Origin: Camelus dromedarius
Lineage: Eukaryota
Assembly (NCBI RefSeq): GCF_036321535.1
Contig: NC_087436.1
Span: 48,672,001 to 48,736,000 of the forward strand
Length of the DNA: 64,000 nt
Direction: 5' to 3'
Part shown: piece after piece, positions 37,701 through 52,700 of the stretch
Layout: the number at the start of each line of letters is the position of its first letter
Position numbering within the stretch: position 1 is the first letter of the stretch
Notes under the pieces: model-generated
Databases searched by the model: none
Told to the model about the DNA's origin: nothing
Seen by the model: the letters and a program-made list of their open reading frames with translations, nothing else
Program-made: the position numbers and the translations under genes

Positions 37701-40700
37701 ACACTTTGTCAGCCCCCTTTTTTCCAGATGAAGGATGGTTAAATGGTAAATAGAGTCTTGGTGTAGAGGGGCAGGGTGGGTACAAAGGTTTGCTGGCACA
37801 GGGCCTGTCTTAAAGAGGGAGATCAGGGAGGTCTTCTCTGAAGAAGCGCCATTCAGACTGAGAGGGGAAGAGCATGGAACCTTCCAGGCAAAAAGCAAAG
37901 TGCTGGAGTCGGGGAGGAGAGGCTGCTTCAGGCAGCAAGCACAAAGAAAGTGCTCCGAACCTCTGGAGAAAGGAGTTCCCCGGGTCTGGAGGATGCTGAG
38001 AAATGAAGAAAGCAGGATGGGATGAGGTTGAAAGGAAGCGATGAGAACACACATTTGGAAAACAGAAACCCAAGGAATTTGCCAACTAACAACTTGCAAA
38101 ACGCCAGATGGTTCATGAGTATTTTAGGCACTTGGTTTCCAAGAACCATTTGATTTAGCAGCAGATGACCAGGCACACCTTCATCACTTCACTGGGAAAC
38201 ATTCCAAGGGATTTAGAGACCTGAAATGCTCAGCAGCTCTGAGTTCTTACAGGTTTGTGAGCTCCAGTCTGTGGCTCTGCCCAGTTACTGAACTAACTCT
38301 CCTTCCTCACACATAGCAGAAGGGTGGGGGAGAGCATCCCACTGAAGTGTCAAGAGAAAATCCCCTACCTGCTCCCTGGAATAGTAAGTGAAATAAGTAG
38401 CAGGGAAAAAAATCATTCAAGTAGCATGATTTCAACTACGCACAAGAAAAGTGAACAAACAAAAAACAGACTAGAAAAAACAGTCAGAGGAAATACACAC
38501 TTATGTAATCAATTAATTTATGACAAAAGAACCAAGAATATACAACGGGGAAAGGAGAGTCTTCTCAATAAATATTGTTAGAAAAGCTGGACAGCCACAT
38601 GCAAAAGGATGAAACTGACCGCTATCTTACTCCACACACAGAAATTAATTCAGAATGGACTGAAGACTCGAAATGTTGAGACCTGAGACCATAAAACTCC
38701 TAGAAGGAAACAGAGGCAGTAGGCTCCTTGACAGCAGTCTCAGTGATGGTTTTTTTGGATCTGACACCAAAAGCCCAGGCAACAAAAACAAAAGGGGGAT
38801 TCCATCAGACTAAAAAGCCTCTGCACACCAAAGGAGACCATTAACAAAACAAAAAGCCAAATTACTGAATTGGAGAAAATATTTGTAAATCGTATATCTG
38901 ATAAAGGGGTTAATACTCATACAACTGAGTAGCAAAAAAGAATAATAAACAATCTGTTAAAAAAATGAGAAGATCTGAATAAACATTTTTTATAAAAAAA
39001 GATATACTAATGGCTAATGGGTATATGAAAAGGTATTCAACATCAGTAATCATCAGGGAAATGCAAATCAAAACCACAATGAGACAGCCACTTTCATGGG
39101 ATCCACATTCTAGAGGTAAAGACAGACATCTAACAGTCTCCCACGGAACAAATGATTTAAAGGAGAAGCAGAGGATGCTATGTGAGATTTAGGTGAGGGA
39201 CAGGGCACGGGGCGGGGGGTGGGGGGAGGGAATAGCCTAGGGGGACACATGCATGAAAATCTCTGAAAGGCGATCCTTCCACTACGACGTGAAGGATGAG
39301 TTACTGCGAGCTAGTGCCCTAGAGAATGAACGGGGTGAACTAACATCATTATAGGTGCAGAGCGCACAGGGCGAGAGGCAGGGTGCAGGAGAGGCAGGCA
39401 GACTCTGCCAGGCCTTTTAAAGCTCTGAAAGGTTGTGCTCCTAATTCTGGTGAAAACTGGAAGCCTCAGAAATTTTAACAGAGGAGCACCCAGGTCAGGT
39501 ACACCATTCTGGCTGTAGCATAGAGAACAAACAGGGAGAGGGGAGAGGATGTCCAGGGGCAGTTATGACCAAAATTAACATAAACTAAAGAATGTTCATA
39601 TACTCTTTAAAAGATTTATTTTCTAGAAATTTTCCTATCATTGGTCAATGCTTCACCCACCAAAATAAACTTCTCTCCCATTGCGTCTTACAACCTTCTG
39701 CATGAACTGAGACGAAGGGAGAGTATGGGCACCAAAGCAAGCAGGCAGCCGGATGAACACGTGGCCGCACGGGGCTTAGGGGCCCAGGACGTTCCTAAGG
39801 GCCGGGGAACCCGAGAGCCCTGCAGCCTGTGAGGAGCCGCACAGATAAGCAGGAAGCTTCTTAAAAGGAACTCTCGCCCAGCGCTTTCTAGTAAATATAT
39901 TTTCCCAAGGGGTAAATTAATATATAACCTGCATCCATAAATGAGGTTTCCCAAAGAGTCAACTGCTTATTTTTACCAAGAAGCATTACAAGTCAGCACA
40001 GTGAAGTACCTGTAAATATTATCATACACACCTCCCACTGCCAGACCTCTTCCAAAGAGCAACTACTAGAGCAAAATGTAAGCACAGTTTATTAAAGGTA
40101 GGTTTGCAAATTCTGTTTCTGTTCTAGGGTGGCTCCCCTGACATTACCCAGGCCAGTTCTGGCATTTGTTGTAGGACTAAAAGATTAAAGATAACACTGT
40201 CTTAAATTCTTTCTCTGCTTAGGGGTTTAGTTCATCTGACGAGAATGGTACATATGTAGCTTTCCCAATATCCTGAAGGCTCTTTCCCGTGGCAAAACCT
40301 GGGGATCTTTAGGGATGACAGAGTGGGGGTGAATGACAAGGGTTTTAAGAAGCCATCTCTTGCCTTTCTCTCCTCCTCCCCTTCTCCCCGTCCCCACCCT
40401 CCCCTGCCCCTTTCTTTCCCTCTCCAGATAAGGAACACATGCATTATGGCTTTAAATCACCAGAAAAGTAAATAAAAAGATTGGAAAAGAGATTCCAGAG
40501 ATTTCCAAAGATCGGAAAAGACTGGAAATTTCCTTAAGTACATCAGAGAACATTCTTAGCCATCTACTTATTACTTGCAAAAAGCTAAGTGTTGCTGGGC
40601 TCCACAGAAAAAATCCTTGTTTGCCAAAGCTTTCACTGCATAGGAAAAATCTAGAAAGTTGAAAAGACTCCTTTGGGCTGAGAGTAAAGAGCAGAACTTG

Positions 40701-43700
40701 GTAAAGTCAAGTGTCTGGGGAAAGGTGGACACAGCTACTCAAAAATGAGCCCAAGTTTTGTGACTCCCCTATTTCTCCTCTAATGAAGTTTCAGAACGAC
40801 TTGAAGCACTTCCTGGAGCAATCCCAGGAGAATAGAGTATCTAAAAGATGGCTCTTATCTGCGTGCGACCATAACAGTGATGACTCAGCTCTTCCAGATC
40901 TAGAGAGATCTCTGACAGGGAACGAGGAGGGAGAGAAGGAAGGAAGGAGAGGGAAGAGGAGAGGAGGGGGAGAGCGGCAAGGGACTACCTCTTAGAGCCC
41001 CTGTCTTTCATCCCCACTCTGCCATCTCTAAAGACCCCCAGGTTTTACCACCAGAGCGGTTTTGTTCCCTTGCCCTCTCTAAGCCAAAGGAAGCCAGGAA
41101 GGTTAGGCGCTGTCAGGACTGAGTCTGAGCACTGGCACAGAAGGCAGGTGGTGCCACAGCGAGCCCCCTGACAGGGCTGCTTGCTGCTTGGATGAGGGCA
41201 GCACACACACCTGGGGAGGCCCAGAAGCCCACCTGCTGTGGGGGATAGGCGGCAATGCACTCAGCCAAAGGAGTCACTTCAAAGGAAGAAAGGAAGCTTT
41301 TATTTCTGGTATTTATTAGACACATCATGTAAGTTTCCCACCTAGATAGATTCACCTCTGAAAAGGCTGTTATCACTATTTGCATGGTAAAGAATTTGAG
41401 GTGATACCGTCTCTGTTTTAACATCACAGCTGTTCAATTAGGTACCACAAACACCTAAACAAAATAGATCATTCCAATTATTTGGTCATAAGTAAAGGAT
41501 CTATAAGGTTACAGTTTGCTATTTTCAGTTTTCTCTGCTCCCCTGATAGCTCACACTTGCAAAACAATTTGTTTTGAAAGGATCTGGTTAGCCAAAAATA
41601 ACATTTAAAATGTTGTGAACATTAAAATTGTAATAAAGCATAATAAAAAGCATCAGAAAAATATAAACTCAAAACTAGAACACAAAATAGGGCTATGTTT
41701 TTAAGTAAGAAGTGTTATCATTACCATATAAATATGGTTGCTACATCATCACAGAAGTAGTATAGCTATTGTGTATTGAGTTCTCATTATATGCCCAGCA
41801 CTATGGTTAGAGTTTTACAAACATTCCCTCACCTAATTTTCATAGCAGCCCAACAAGGGAGATACTGTTGTTATGCCTACTTAAGGATGAGGAAACAAAG
41901 GCACAGGAAGATCTGGTAACATACCCCAAATCACAGAGCGGCTATGAGCACGATACTCTTCATTACAGCTCTGTAGACAAATGTGCATACAACTTCACAA
42001 AATACCTGATTTCTGACTGTGGTCACATTCACCAAGAACTCAATTTATATCTTCCAGAGAGAACTTTTTTTTTTCTCCTTACCAGTCATCATAGGATCCA
42101 ATTAAAATATAAATAAAAAGTCTTGAAAACTTTCAGGATTCACAGCACCAGAACCTGACCTACTAGCAGTCCTTCAGAACACTCGCTGAAATTTCATCTT
42201 CAGGGAGATGTCAGGCATCTTCTCAGGGTCTCTCTAGGCCTTACTGTTTACTAGAAAGCAAACTAGTTTGAAGACCTTTTCACCCCTCAGTAGAAACAAT
42301 CTTTTTACTCATCACCACACAGAATCAGAAAAGAGATGATATTCCACAACTAAGAACAATGTGATCACACCAGCCACAGACTGTAAAAATCTGGAGAAGG
42401 GAAATGAGAGAAAAAAACCTACAGACAGTATGCAGCAAAACGCAATCCCTAAAATGCAAACAATTTTGCTCTCACTGGTGGCGCGTGGAATTTCAGCATA
42501 TTCGCATGACCTAGAATAGCACAGCAACCATCAGTCTGGTTCTGTGATGTGGCCACCACTCACAGGAGCATCTGATCCATATTACATCATGTTCTATAAC
42601 TGACCCAGATGTTATGTGCTACATTTTAGGCACAATTGCTACATTTTAAACAATCCAAATCTGGCTAATTCTGCCCTCATTCAAGACATAGTTCTGCTGG
42701 ATTGGAGCTGCCATTATGGTTGAGAGCCCTACTATTCAGTGTGGTTAGATCAGCAATATTACTTGTGAGCTTGTTGAAAATGCAGAATCTCAGGTCCTAA
42801 CCTAGACCCACTGAACTGAAGCTTTCATTTTAACAAAGTCCCTGTGTGACTTCTACACACACTCAAGGCTGAGCAGCGTTTCCCTAGAAAGTCCAATTCA
42901 GTCGATGTGTGGTAGGGATTAGGAAACTCCATCTAAGTGAGCACCTTAGGTCTCTGGTTCAGCTGGGATTCTGATGTAAAAAGGCTATTATAACTATTCC
43001 ATCTGGACCACTTACTTGAAGTTTAAATAACTTTCTGCTGTTTTGAACCTTTTTTTTTTTTTTTTTTTTTTTTTTTTGCGGGAGTAATGAAAGGACAAAA
43101 ACTCCAGCTTCAATAGTATTTTGTTTCTTCCTAGAGGAAACACTGTTCTAAGGGGTGGCTTCTTAAATCTCTCTTACATTAAAAAACTTGTGTACTTTCA
43201 CAAAGGCCAACTTCCAATTACTAAAAGTATAATGGAAAAATTATCTGAGTTAGTTTCAGGAGCGAGGAAATATATACATTGAAACATTATCTCTAAGTTA
43301 ACATCATTTCCCTTCTCACTAATATTGAATTTTCAGATTTAATAATCCACTGAATAGAATACCAATTTCCATAAAGAAGGGAAGGAGGGGAGAAAGAGAA
43401 AAAATAGGGTGGAAGTACAATTTTTAAAGTCCCTTATACTATAAAAATAAGTAACAATCAGGAAAGAATATTTTTAAATTCTTAGATTAAATGTGTTATA
43501 TTAAACTAGATTTTGGATGGAAAATGTGATTACATGATGATGATTATTTTATTTTAAGATGGTATGAGCAATTGACCTATTTATTCACATCTATGTTCCA
43601 CAATAGTATTCAGTTGCCTATTATGTGCCAGGCATTAATCCAGGTTCCTGAGATATACCAATGAGCAAAACAGACAAAGATCTCTGTCCTCCAAAGGTGT

Positions 43701-46700
43701 ATATTCTAATAAGAGGCAAAAATAGACCTTATATGTAAGTAAACAAGGTAGTATACAGAAGGTGATGAATGCTATTTTAAAAAGACTGTAGAGAGCTGTG
43801 AGCTCAGGTATGGTGGTGGTGGTTGGTAGAGGTCACATTACTGAATAGGGGGGTCGAGGCAGCCTCACTGGTAAGTTGGGATTTGCATGATATGGTGAGA
43901 AAGTGAGATAAGCTAGTAGCTGGGGGAAGAGTGTTCCAGAAAGAGGAAACAGTTGGAACAAAAATCCTCAGATGGGAGAAGTGTGAGGAACAGCAAGGAG
44001 GCTGGAATGAAGTGAAAGAGGGCCAGCGTGCTCGGAGATGCAATCATTTAGGGCTCTGTAAGATGCTGGGAGGGCATAAGTCCTTACTGAAGGAAGCGAG
44101 TGCTAGTGCAGAGCTTTGAACGATGGTGTTTTATTTAAGATTTAAGATATGAATGGCTGCTGGGTTGAGAAGAGACCACAGAGGGACAAGGGTCGAAGAA
44201 GGGAGACTGGCTGGGAGGCTCCTGCAATCCAGGTCCACAGTTCCTCAGCCACAATGCTGAAATCCAAAACCTAGCCTAAATAGTGTTAGTAGCCAAGTCA
44301 GTGTCAATACTCATATGTTTCCTAGAAACACTAATATGCTTCAGTGTGCCATATACAGCATATTCACCTTATTACTTTTCTAAAATCTGAAAAATGCTGC
44401 ATTCCACAACTGTATCATCTGGATACAGGATTCTGGACCTGTACTCCAGGGGAAGGATGGCTGGGGCCAGAGTGGCAGCACTGGAGATACTGAGCAGTAG
44501 CCACACTTCAGATGTGATGTGAAGGCAGGGCTAACAGGATTCCTGCATACACTGGATGTGGGTATGAATAGCAATTTAAGGTGACTCCAAGTTCTTTGGT
44601 CATAGAAATTGGTAGGATGGAGGGGCCATCTCCTGTGGTGGGAAAAGCTGTGGGTAGAATGTGTTTGGGGTGTTGATCAGAGACCATTAGAAATGGAGTT
44701 TGAGACCTGTATCTTCATCCAGCTGGAGAGCTTAAACCTGCAGGTAAGTCTAGAGTTTGGGGAAAAGTCTGGGCTAGAGATGTATTTGTGTTATAATTTT
44801 TTTTTAGTCTTTTCTTGGGGGGCACACACACATAGACACACACACATTATAAAGAAAAGCAATGTTTAACAACCTCTTCCATTAAACCAATATATATCTT
44901 TCAATGTAATGAAAAATACAACTGAAGTGTGGGGCTATTTGAAGATGGCCCAACAGTGGCTGTAGTTGACACTCCCTGAAAATTCATAAAATGAAGAGAG
45001 CCAAAGTCCGATCAGCAGAGAATAAGGATGGCTTAAGAAACGATTATACTGGAAGCGAAGAAAATATTCGATGAATAAATGGTCTTGAACTAAAAGAATG
45101 TTAACGTTCCTTTCTGTTCTCACAATGAATAAATACCAGTTATTTGTTCTGAATTAAAAACTTAGAACTTCTCCCTTATTTGGAACATATGCTATAATTG
45201 CCAGACAGCAAATTAAGAAGTGTCCAGAATATCCTCATCCGTGCTAACATTAACCAGCAGCCATGGCTGAAGATGAAATGAGAGTGGAATTTAATTTTTG
45301 GCAGCAGTGTCCAAAGGCAGCAGTGCTATCTGTGGCATGCAACAGCCCTGGCGCAGGATCAAGGCAATTCTTTCCCAGGGCACGTCTTTAAGATCACACT
45401 CTCTTAGAATGAGTGCTCTCAAACTTCGTCAGAACTCCGTGCCTCCCTAGTTTGAGCCTGCTAAATTCTGTTAGTGAACTTCAATGTTATTTTTAATTCA
45501 CATGTGTGTTGGGATAGAGAGGGATAATGGGAAGAAAGAGAGACTTTTAAACAAGAGAACACATTAAAAGGCTCAGGAAGAGGTTGAAAAATTGCCAATT
45601 TCAGTCTGGTAGTAAGGGAAAAATCTCTTCTTCCTTCAAAACTTCTTTACCTCTAACTCCATTGGTGGGACCACCCTTTACCAAGTGACTGATTAAAAAT
45701 CTGGAGTCTTTAATTCAACCTGACTCCAGTTTAGATCAAACCACCAGTTTACAGCAAATACAAGGGGTAGCTGTTCAGGTTTTCTCATCAATCCTTAGCT
45801 CAACCCTCCAGCCTGCTGGCAATCTGTTGCATATGCTACGCTGCTTCTTACCCTTGTGTCTTTGTTGTGTTGTTCCCATAAACTATAATGCTTTCTTTTT
45901 TTTCACTCAAGAAGCCTCTCCACCCCACAACTGCCCCTGCCCAAAGATGGGTTAGATACCTCTTCGCTCTACTCCCACAGTGTGCCACACAAATCTCTTT
46001 CACTAGCATAGTCCCACAGTTATCTTCTGGGCAACTGTCTTTTCCACCAGATTATAAGCTTTTCTGTTTTACCTTTGTAAGCCCAATGCCTGCTACAGGG
46101 CCTGGCATTCTAAAACATGCTGACAAGGTTTACTGACTGAATGAATGAACACTTAGATTAAAAGTAAAATGGCACACGTTATATTAAGTTCCCCACCTCT
46201 GAGAGTTTTCAAATAAATCTGAATATGTCAGGAGAAATCTCACACTGGATAGGAGCTGTGATCTACTATATGACTTTGCTATGCCTTCCATTTCAATTCA
46301 CAATCTTATTTGCCCAGTTGGCTGACTTTTATATATAGCTGTTTATAGTATTTAACAATAGGGATGTATGACTTACACTCTGTATACCTAATTCTTTTTA
46401 TGAATTTTATTCTTATTCAAGACATGGCCTGTGTTTGAAATGCCATCATAAAAAAAGCTAATTAAAAATACGCTAACACAAAAGATCCCAAATAGCCAAA
46501 GCAATCCTGAGAAAGAACAAAGCAGGAGGCACCATACTTCCTAATTTCAAGCTACACTATAAAGGCCCAGTAATCAAACAGTATGGTACTGGCAATAAAA
46601 ACAGACATACAGACCAATGGAACAGAATCAAGAGCCCAGAAATAAACCCAAACACATAAGGAAGGTCAAATAATATTTGACAAGGGAGCCAGGAATACTC

Positions 46701-49700
46701 AATGGAGGAAAGACAGTCTTTTCAATTAATGGTGCTGGGAAAATTGGACAGTCACATGCAAAGGAATGAATCTAGATCTCCACTCACAAAAGTTAACTTG
46801 AAATGAATTAAAGACTTGAACATAAGACCCAAAACCATAAACCTCTAGAATGAAACACAGGAATAAAGCTCCTTGACATGGGTCTTGGCAATGATTTTTT
46901 TTAGCTACAACACCTAAAGCACAAGCAACAAAATAAAAAATAAATAAGATGACATCAAACTAAAAAGCTTCTGCACAGCAAAAGAAACCATCAACAAAGT
47001 GAAAAGACAACCGATGGAATAGGAAAAAAATTTGCAAATCATATATCTTTCAAGGGGTTAATATCTAAAATATACAGAGAACTCATACCACTTGAGAGCA
47101 AAAAACCAAATAATCAAATTAAAAGTGGACAAAGGACCTGAATACACATTTGTCCAAAGAAGATATACTAAATGGTCAATAGGTACATGAAAAGATGCTC
47201 ATCATCACTAATTATCAGGGAAACGCAAGTCACAACCACAGTAAGATATCACCTCACACCAGTTAGAATGGCCATTATCAAAAAGACAAGAAATAACAAG
47301 TGTTGGGGAGGATGTGGAGATAAGGGAACCCTTGTGCACTGTTGGTGGGATTGTAAATTGGTGCAGCCACTATGGTAAACAGTATGAAGTTTCCTCAAAA
47401 AATTAAAAATAGAACTACCATATGATCCAGCAATACTAGCTCTGGGAATATATCCAGAGGAAATAAAAATAAGTCAAAGAGGTATCTGCACCCTCATGTT
47501 CATAGCATTATTTACAATAGCCAAGACATTGAAACAACCTACGTGTCCACTGATAGATGAATTAATGAAGAAGATGTATGTGTATATGCACACACACATA
47601 TATATAGGGAATACTACTGAGTCATAAAAATGAGAAAATCCTGCCATTTGAGACAACATGAAAGGACCTTGAGGATATTATGCTAAGTGAAATAAGCCAG
47701 ACAGAGAAAGGCAAATACCATATGACCTCACTTACATGTAGAATCTTAAAACAAAATAAAACAAACTTACAGAAAAAGAGATATATTTGTGGTTACTAGA
47801 GGTAGGAAGTGAGGGAAGGGGGAACTGGATAAAAGTGGTCAAAAGGTACAACTTTAGTTATAAGATTAAATAGGATAAACTAGGGATGTAATGTACAACT
47901 TTAATGACTGTAGTTAAAACTGCTGTATGACACATGGAAGTTGTTAATCAAGTAAATTCTAAGATTTCTCATTCCAAGGAAAAAACATTTTTTCCCTTTC
48001 GTTGATTTTATGTCTATATGAGATGATGGACATTAACTAAAGTTACGCATATCATGAAATGATTACCACAGTAAGTTAAACCATTATGCTGTACTCTTTA
48101 AACTCATACAGTGCTATATGTCAATTACATCTCAGTAAGACTGGGGAAAAAAACCCCTCAAAATATGTGCCAACAATTATAACTTACTAAACACGTCTCC
48201 TCTGGGTTTCTGAGGCTCTGTCTGTATTCTGTTGTCAACTGTAATCCCCCTTGGAGAGGTAGTGGTAACTGGTGCTACAGTTGTCAGTCTGCTGGTTGGT
48301 CTTTCTGGGGTTGTTGCTGGTGGAGGTGTTCCGGGTTCTGTGGGTGGCGGTGGAGGTGGGGTAGGCTGTGGCATCGGCTCTGGTGTAGGTCTTGTTGTTG
48401 GCTTAGAAGTGGGCCTGTTAGTAATGACAGGAGGTATATATGGTGTCTTCAGAGGCCACCTAGTACTTCTGACATCAGGAATCCAATTACTGTGTCCTCC
48501 ATCACCCTTTGAAATAGTACCATTTCCCCTTGGTACATGAATTGGACCCGAAGGCTCAATCATGACTTTTGGAATATCTAGAATAGTAAATATATTTAAA
48601 TTAGTGTGTAACCATCTCTCCTTAAAAAGTAAAATATCAAATTGTAAAAAACACACATATCAGAATACCTCATGCCAACTAGGCTTACTTTTCTCGTTTA
48701 GAATACTCCCCTACTGTAAGTCATATCGTTTTCCAAAAAAATAAATATGTGTGTATATATAATATATACATATATATTCATACACACATATATCCATCCT
48801 ATGGATGTATGCAAAAATGACCAGTATTGCTGTAATGAATATGTACCATTTGAAACAAAAAGTTTCAAGTATTTGTAAAGTAGAAAAAGACAAGAATGAG
48901 ATTTTTTTTAAAATGCAGAGACATTCTAAGTTTTTTAAAATATGAGGAACATATATTTAGAGTCTGTGTTAAGTGTCTGCATGGTACATGTATATTATAA
49001 AGTCATGTTGAAAACCGTCTAAAGACTTAATACTCTTCCCTCTTCCACACTTTATATAAATTGAATTCATACATTTTCATTCAATGTTCTACGTATTGTT
49101 TTATAGTTGGTTTACTTTCCCCTTGCTAATTTTATACAACTGCTTTGTAAAAAGAAGTTTCACAGGTCCCCAAGACTATCTGTGGAAGCTTTGTCCTTGA
49201 TCACATTCACCAAAAGGAATTAATATTTAATCTTTCTGGAATGATATACTTTAGACTGGCAGTATGACTACAAGACCCATCAAAATCCTTTAACCTTCAT
49301 GATTTTATGCCCCATGCCTTTCAGTCAATATTTTACTCCAGAAATTTAAAAAATTATCTACTGTTGCAATGAAATGTATGCTCAATGATGGCCTTTGGTC
49401 TGTGAAACTTTCACCTTGGAGGGTATTTTTTTTTTCATGTTTATCTACTAACAAATAGAGCTTGTAAAAATTTAAATAGCAGAACAGTTCAAAATGTAGA
49501 AAACTACGGAAATGATTTTTTAATAGTAGAACTGGAGGCATAAAACAGGAACAAAAATGTAGAATTCATTCAGATTATCCCACCATTATAACCTAATGCT
49601 AATGACAAACATACATTTATTTCTGATTATAATGAAATCAAGTTCTCAGGGAGGGCTCAGTAATTTCTTGCCAGCTAAAGGGAAGCTACTGGGAGATTTT

Positions 49701-52700
49701 AGTCAAGGAACTAAATGCTTTTAAGATTAGAATGTATTACTGAGTCTTTAATTTTTAAAAATACCTGAGCAACTGATTTTATTGTTTGTAGAAAGCACAG
49801 ACTAGTATTAGTATGAAAATTATATGTCTTTGATAATTAATCTTGTTCCTTATCTTCCCTGGTAATGGCCTTTGTGTAATCTTGTACTTTCTGCTGGAAT
49901 TTAAGAGCTGGGAGACAAGCGTTACTCACACACACAATTCAGTCCATCACCCTGGTATCCGTCTTTACATTTACACTTGTAGGACCCGTGTACGTTGTAA
50001 CATCGGGCAAAGCTGCTGCACTGATACTGACCAAGGGAGCATTCATCTATATCTGCATCAGGAAGGAGGAAAAGAAGAGGTTTATGTGCGAGATAAATAT
50101 GATGGCACAAAAAGATACACCATTTCAAAAAAAAATTTTTTTTTGCAATGTGAAGGTCCATGTAAAATCTGCAGATAATCAGAAGAAAAAAGTCCACGTG
50201 CATCCAGAACTACTAGCGTTTGAATTTCACTTCTGTTTGTTTCATTTAAAGCCAGTGCCCTCCCCTGCCCTTGACAACCCAGTCACCACCATAATTAAGA
50301 GACCTTTCCGCTCTGCAGGAAAAAACAACACAGAGCAATGGTTGGAGTTTATTACCGTGACATTGGTATTTGCCTCCAATGTACATGAGGTCGAAGCCTT
50401 TATGACATTTGCAGATGTAACTCCCAAAAGTGTTGACACACTGCCTGAATCTGGGGCAGGAGGCTCTTCCGGTGGCACATTCATCAATATCTAGAAACAA
50501 GGGTCAACTGTATCTTAGGAAGAGCAACAGCATGTTCAGGTGGAGTAAATTTTAAAATAAACAATTGTCTGCAAATGGTTGCCTGGCACACAGTGGCTCA
50601 TCATAAATGTTATCCAGCTGGTCGCCCTGACAGGCAACATAAACTGCGTACCTCCAGATTTCAGCTCATCTTCTAACCCAAGCTGCCCTCCTCTTGCACT
50701 GTATCTCAGCACTTACGGCACCTGTATCCCCCTGGTTGCTCCAACTAGGGTCATGAGTCATCCTTGACAATTCTATTTCCCTTAACCCCCAAATCATCAA
50801 GCCCAGCTGATTCTACCTCTGACACATTCTTTGAACTTGTTCACTCTGCATTTCACCCAACGCCATGACCCTAGTCCAAGCCACTATCTCCTGGGATAGA
50901 CTATTACAAGAGCCTCCAAACTGGCGTCTTCCCCACCAATCTTCCTCCCTCCAAAGCATCTCCACACAATTGCAAACAGAGAATTTTATAAGACATAAGA
51001 TGGGATTATTACCATGCCTAAAATTCTTAACTGTTTCTGTTTGCTTTCTGAATTAATTCTTCATTCTTCACCACATCTTTGAAGGCCCTGCAATGAACAG
51101 TCCTCACCTACCTCACCGGTTGTGTATCAAGCCATCACCTCTGTACTTAAGGATAACGCCTTCTTTCTTTCAAAACCTCAAACAGGCCAACCTCTCTTTC
51201 ACTGCAGGGCTCTGCAATGTTTTCACCTGCTTGACTGATTCTTCACATGGCCAATGGTCCATCTCTCACTTTATGGCTTTCCCTGACCATCATTTTCTAA
51301 AATAGACCCTTTCTGTCCCTCTTTCTTAGTACCTCATATTAACACTTGGTAATGTTTGTAATTTTATTGGATAGCTCTTTCTTTTCTGTCTCTCCCATCA
51401 GAACATCAGCTTTGGGAGGATTAAAAAGTGTCTGTTTTGTCCACTACTACATATTCTAGCACTTAGCATAGTACGTGGCATATGGAAAGTCCTCAATAAA
51501 TATCTCCTGAGTCCCCAAACACCTCCACCCATTCAGTGCTTACTACATGCTAGATACTGTGCAAAGCATTTTGCATACATGGTTTCATTTGATCCTCACA
51601 AGGGTTCTATGTGGCATTACTCCCATTTTAAAGATGAGAACAATCAGCTCAAAGAAAGGAAATCTCTTACCTAAGGTCACATATCAAGTATATGGCAAAG
51701 CCAGGTTTGAAATCAAAGCCCAGACTCTTAAGCACAATCCTTTACTGCCTTCCTAATTTACAGGGAAAAAATCTAACTCTTTAGTGCAATACATACCATC
51801 TAGCCCTGTCCACCTGTTCAGCTTTGACACTCATTGCCTGTTACATTCTAGCAATACTGACCTCTACTTGTTTCCCTGAACATTGTGCTCCTTTAAACTC
51901 CAGTGCCTTTGCTCATGTGGTTTCCTCTGCCTGAAGCTTCATCTTGTCCCTCATTTTTTAGGGAAACAAGGTTTCCATGGTCCTTTCACAGAGAGGGGTC
52001 CCCTTCCAAGATAAGTATAGCTCATCACCTGATGTAAGTAACTGTCCTTTTTCCTTCTATCCCTCACATTTCACTTTCTTCCTTATCCCAGAGAGGCTGC
52101 TGACAGAGAGGCTTCACTTTACAACTCACCCACACAGGTCCTCCCATCAGGAGCCAGCTGCAGGCCAGGAGAGGGGCACTGGCACCGAATCTGCCCCTTG
52201 ACAACATCACAGCCATACTGACAGTTTGCCATGGAGCACGTCAGGGCACCTGGAAAGAGAGTGACCGTCTGACTCAGGGAGTTGGTCAGCATACTCTGGA
52301 CCCAACGTAACTATGTTTTCTATCTGTCCTGAAATCAATGACCCTGAATTAACAATGGAGATGAAAAGGTCTTAACTCTCCAACAGTCTATAAAGAAACT
52401 CAAAAACAGGGGGAAGGACAGAAAGACCTTCCTCCTCCAGGGATGATGCAGAAGTGATCCAGCTCTATTGTCACCAGGGGAAGCTCTTTAATGCATTTAA
52501 AGAATAAAGGCAAATGTAAAACTTTATCTCACAGAGAGAACCTGGAAATTTTTCCAATGGCCAAGGAAAATGCAGAATTGAGGTATTTTTCCAGATTACT
52601 CGAGCTAAGTGCTGGTCAACTAAAACATGCAAGTAACTGCCTCAGCCGCCCATTATCTTTCTCAAGGCACAGCAGGAGACTTCTCACTGAGCTGTCAATG

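Noticed and set aside
48232..48540. Gly/Val-rich plus-strand ORF
   Set aside because: Reverse complement of the Pro/Thr codons of exon 8.
49988..50494. 168-aa plus-strand ORF
   Set aside because: Antisense to exons 6-7; no protein family resemblance.
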